Assembly: GCA_051294375.1 (NCBI GenBank)
Contig: JBJCIZ010000028.1
Span: forward strand, 1,770,542-1,834,541
Direction: 5' to 3'
Source of the DNA: Paraspadella gotoi
Lineage: Eukaryota; Animalia; Chaetognatha
DNA: 64,000 bases
In this document: positions 61,691 to 64,000 of the stretch, piece after piece
Position numbering within the stretch: position 1 is the first letter of the stretch
Layout: each line of letters starts with the position of its first letter
The notes under the pieces: model-generated
Databases searched by the model: none
Seen by the model: only the letters and a program-made list of their open reading frames with translations
What the model was told of the DNA's origin: nothing
Program-made: the position numbers and the translations under genes

Positions 61691-64000
61691 CAATTCCTAT
61701 TACATCAATAAATTACTAGTTACATCAATCAATTAGTATTACCTCAATCAATTACTAGTACATCAACATTCGTTATCGCATGATTCATTCGTTTTTTTCC
61801 GGTTTTTTTCATTAATTTTCTATGATAGTGGGCTCTTGGCTCGATCTTGAGTCTTTTAAGATTTTTTTATTTTATGTCTCCTTCTCTCTCTCTCCTCTCA
61901 CTCTCTCTCTTTCTCTCTCATCTCTCTCTCTCTCTCACTCTCTCTTTTCTTTCTCTCTCTCTCTCTCTCTTTTTATCAATAGCGACGATCCTTATGCTTT
62001 TAAGATTTTTTTAACTTGCATCATTTTTTCAACTTGCATAATTTTTTTCAACTTGATTCCGTCAAAACTTTATATCTAGCTTCTTACTCAGCTTTCCTAC
62101 CGCTCACAAAATTTCATCTCCAATCTATCATGGTTAAAATAAATAAAAAGATTCAAGTAAATGTACTCATATTTTTTTTCATTTAAACTCATTTCCACTG
62201 TACGTTTCACTGAAACTTTATATCAAGCTTCGTCATACGTTTCCTACCACTACACAAATTTCAACTCAATCTATCCATCCAATTATGATATAGGAGTATT
62301 TATTGGTTAAAATAAGTAAAAGATTTTAGTAAATTCGACTCATGTTTTTCCATTTAAACTAATTTCCACTCACACGATTCCATCGAAATGTTTATATCCC
62401 AGCTTTATCAACACTTTCCTACCCACACACAAAATTTAATTCATCCACCAGCCAATCACGAGTTATTTGAAGACTTTTTTGCTAAGATGGGACGGATGGA
62501 CGGATTGATTGACTAAGTTAATTAATTATTGATTAATTTATTTACTAATTGATTAATTAACTGATTAATCTATTTGATTATTTAATAGCATCCTGCAGAT
62601 ACATTTAATATAAAAGGAAAAGAAGCATAATCAATTAGTAAAACAGGTTTTTTGTTTTATTCCATTTAAACCATTTTCCACTCAACTATTCCATCGAAAC
62701 TTGATTTCCTGTTCAATCACACACTTTCCTACCCACATACAAAATCCAGGTCAATCAGCCCATCCACTCATGAGCAATTGGCGTTCAAATAGTGAATATA
62801 TTTTTTTGTTTTTTCCATTTAACTCATTTCCACTCGGACGATTCCATCGAACTAATATCCAGCTCAAATCACACACTTAGCCTATCCCACACAAACAAAA
62901 TTCATTTAATCCATCCATCCAATCACGAGTTATTGGTGTTTTTTGCTAAGGTGAGGACGGACGGAGACGGACGACGGACAGACAGACGGACGGACGGACA
63001 TCATTTTTTTTGGATAATTTTTTATAAATCAGTATTCTAAGATGAACCAAGTAATTTACCAACAAGATATGAGGGGTGGACAGATAAATGGATAAAATGG
63101 TTTATAGAATTGGACTATTATAACTTATAAGAAAAAAATATATATATTAATTTGTTTTCATTATCCTATATTTAGTCAAATCCTAACTACCAAATATTAT
63201 TTTGTATTGATTTATTTTCATATATGAAGAAAACCATGATGTTTCATATAACCTATTCAGAATTAATGATTTTAATCACCGATTTTTTTTATGGATGCAT
63301 ACACTACGCCACGCTTACTTTCATCATGTCATATCAAAAATAGAGGAAAACTAAATATGATTTTTTTCGCCATTTTTCATTTGAAGTAACAATATTTTTT
63401 GGCCTGTAACTTCTAAACTTCTAAACTTCTGAAAGCTACTGAAAGGAAATTCAATGTAGATCCGAAAATATTTTGATTTTTTTAAAATCAAAGAAGTTTT
63501 CGAATAGATATCCTTTATTAAAAATGTTATATACTTTTTTCCTAGATAGTAGTCTTAAAAAACCTAACTTTGTCACATATTTTGGCTCCTCTTGTTGCTG
63601 ACTGTTGTTTCGCCATTGAAAAATAATAGTTAATTGACAATTATGATACTTAAGGATAAAAGTTACATGATACATAATACAAGAACCAATAATTAAACAT
63701 ATTTTTATTTCGTCAAGTTAAAATATCCTAACATATTTTATTTGCAGATAGAAGGCATTTCGCATATGGCGTTGATAGTGACACTGGACTTATTGGTAAT
63801 CTGAGTAATGATTGTAAATGTAAGAGTGACCTATTAGACCAATTAGTCCGATTTAAATCTCCAAATATAATGATGTTCTGCAGTTGGAGGATGCATGATA
63901 TCTTTCTATTTGTATCAATGATCATTTCTACAATCAGCTTGGGCAAATCTTCTACAGCAATGCAGATGAAGTATTTTAACTCACAACTTTCTGTGGGGAA

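Larger units (their letters stand above)
60407..63010 (-). mobile_element. HINE-like element with nested insertions
   Basis: Terminus aaacaagtttgagc at 60407; cores and GGAC tract at 62050-63000; nested DNA at about 60640-61850 includes a hairpin+CTAG Helitron-like end (60648-60674). Confidence 0.65.

Overview
Repeat-rich, AT-rich eukaryotic (invertebrate-metazoan-like) draft scaffold. It has N gaps and several stretches with dense single-base indels that look like raw long-read gap fill, so many frameshifts may be artefacts. Main contents: (1) a near-complete Ty3/Gypsy LTR retrotransposon (27926-35112) with heat-shock-element arrays in its LTR, a whole antisense tRNA-Leu-like cassette at its PBS and an apparently catalytically dead OTU-like insert between RNase H and integrase; (2) an intact three-exon hAT-like transposase gene (41224-45077) whose second intron is a foldback carrying a minimal hammerhead ribozyme; (3) a miniature LTR element (TRIM) whose LTRs each contain a tRNA-like fold (59611-60268, rearranged copies at 46585-47335); (4) a multicopy spliced gene joining a Gag-capsid-like region to zinc fingers (801-7473); (5) many Helentron-associated (DINE/HINE-like) non-autonomous elements, a 4.3 kb 13-bp satellite and telomere-like arrays; (6) host genes or gene fragments for a PAP2/lipid phosphate phosphatase and an XK-related membrane protein. 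All calls come from manual motif recognition; no database search was run.
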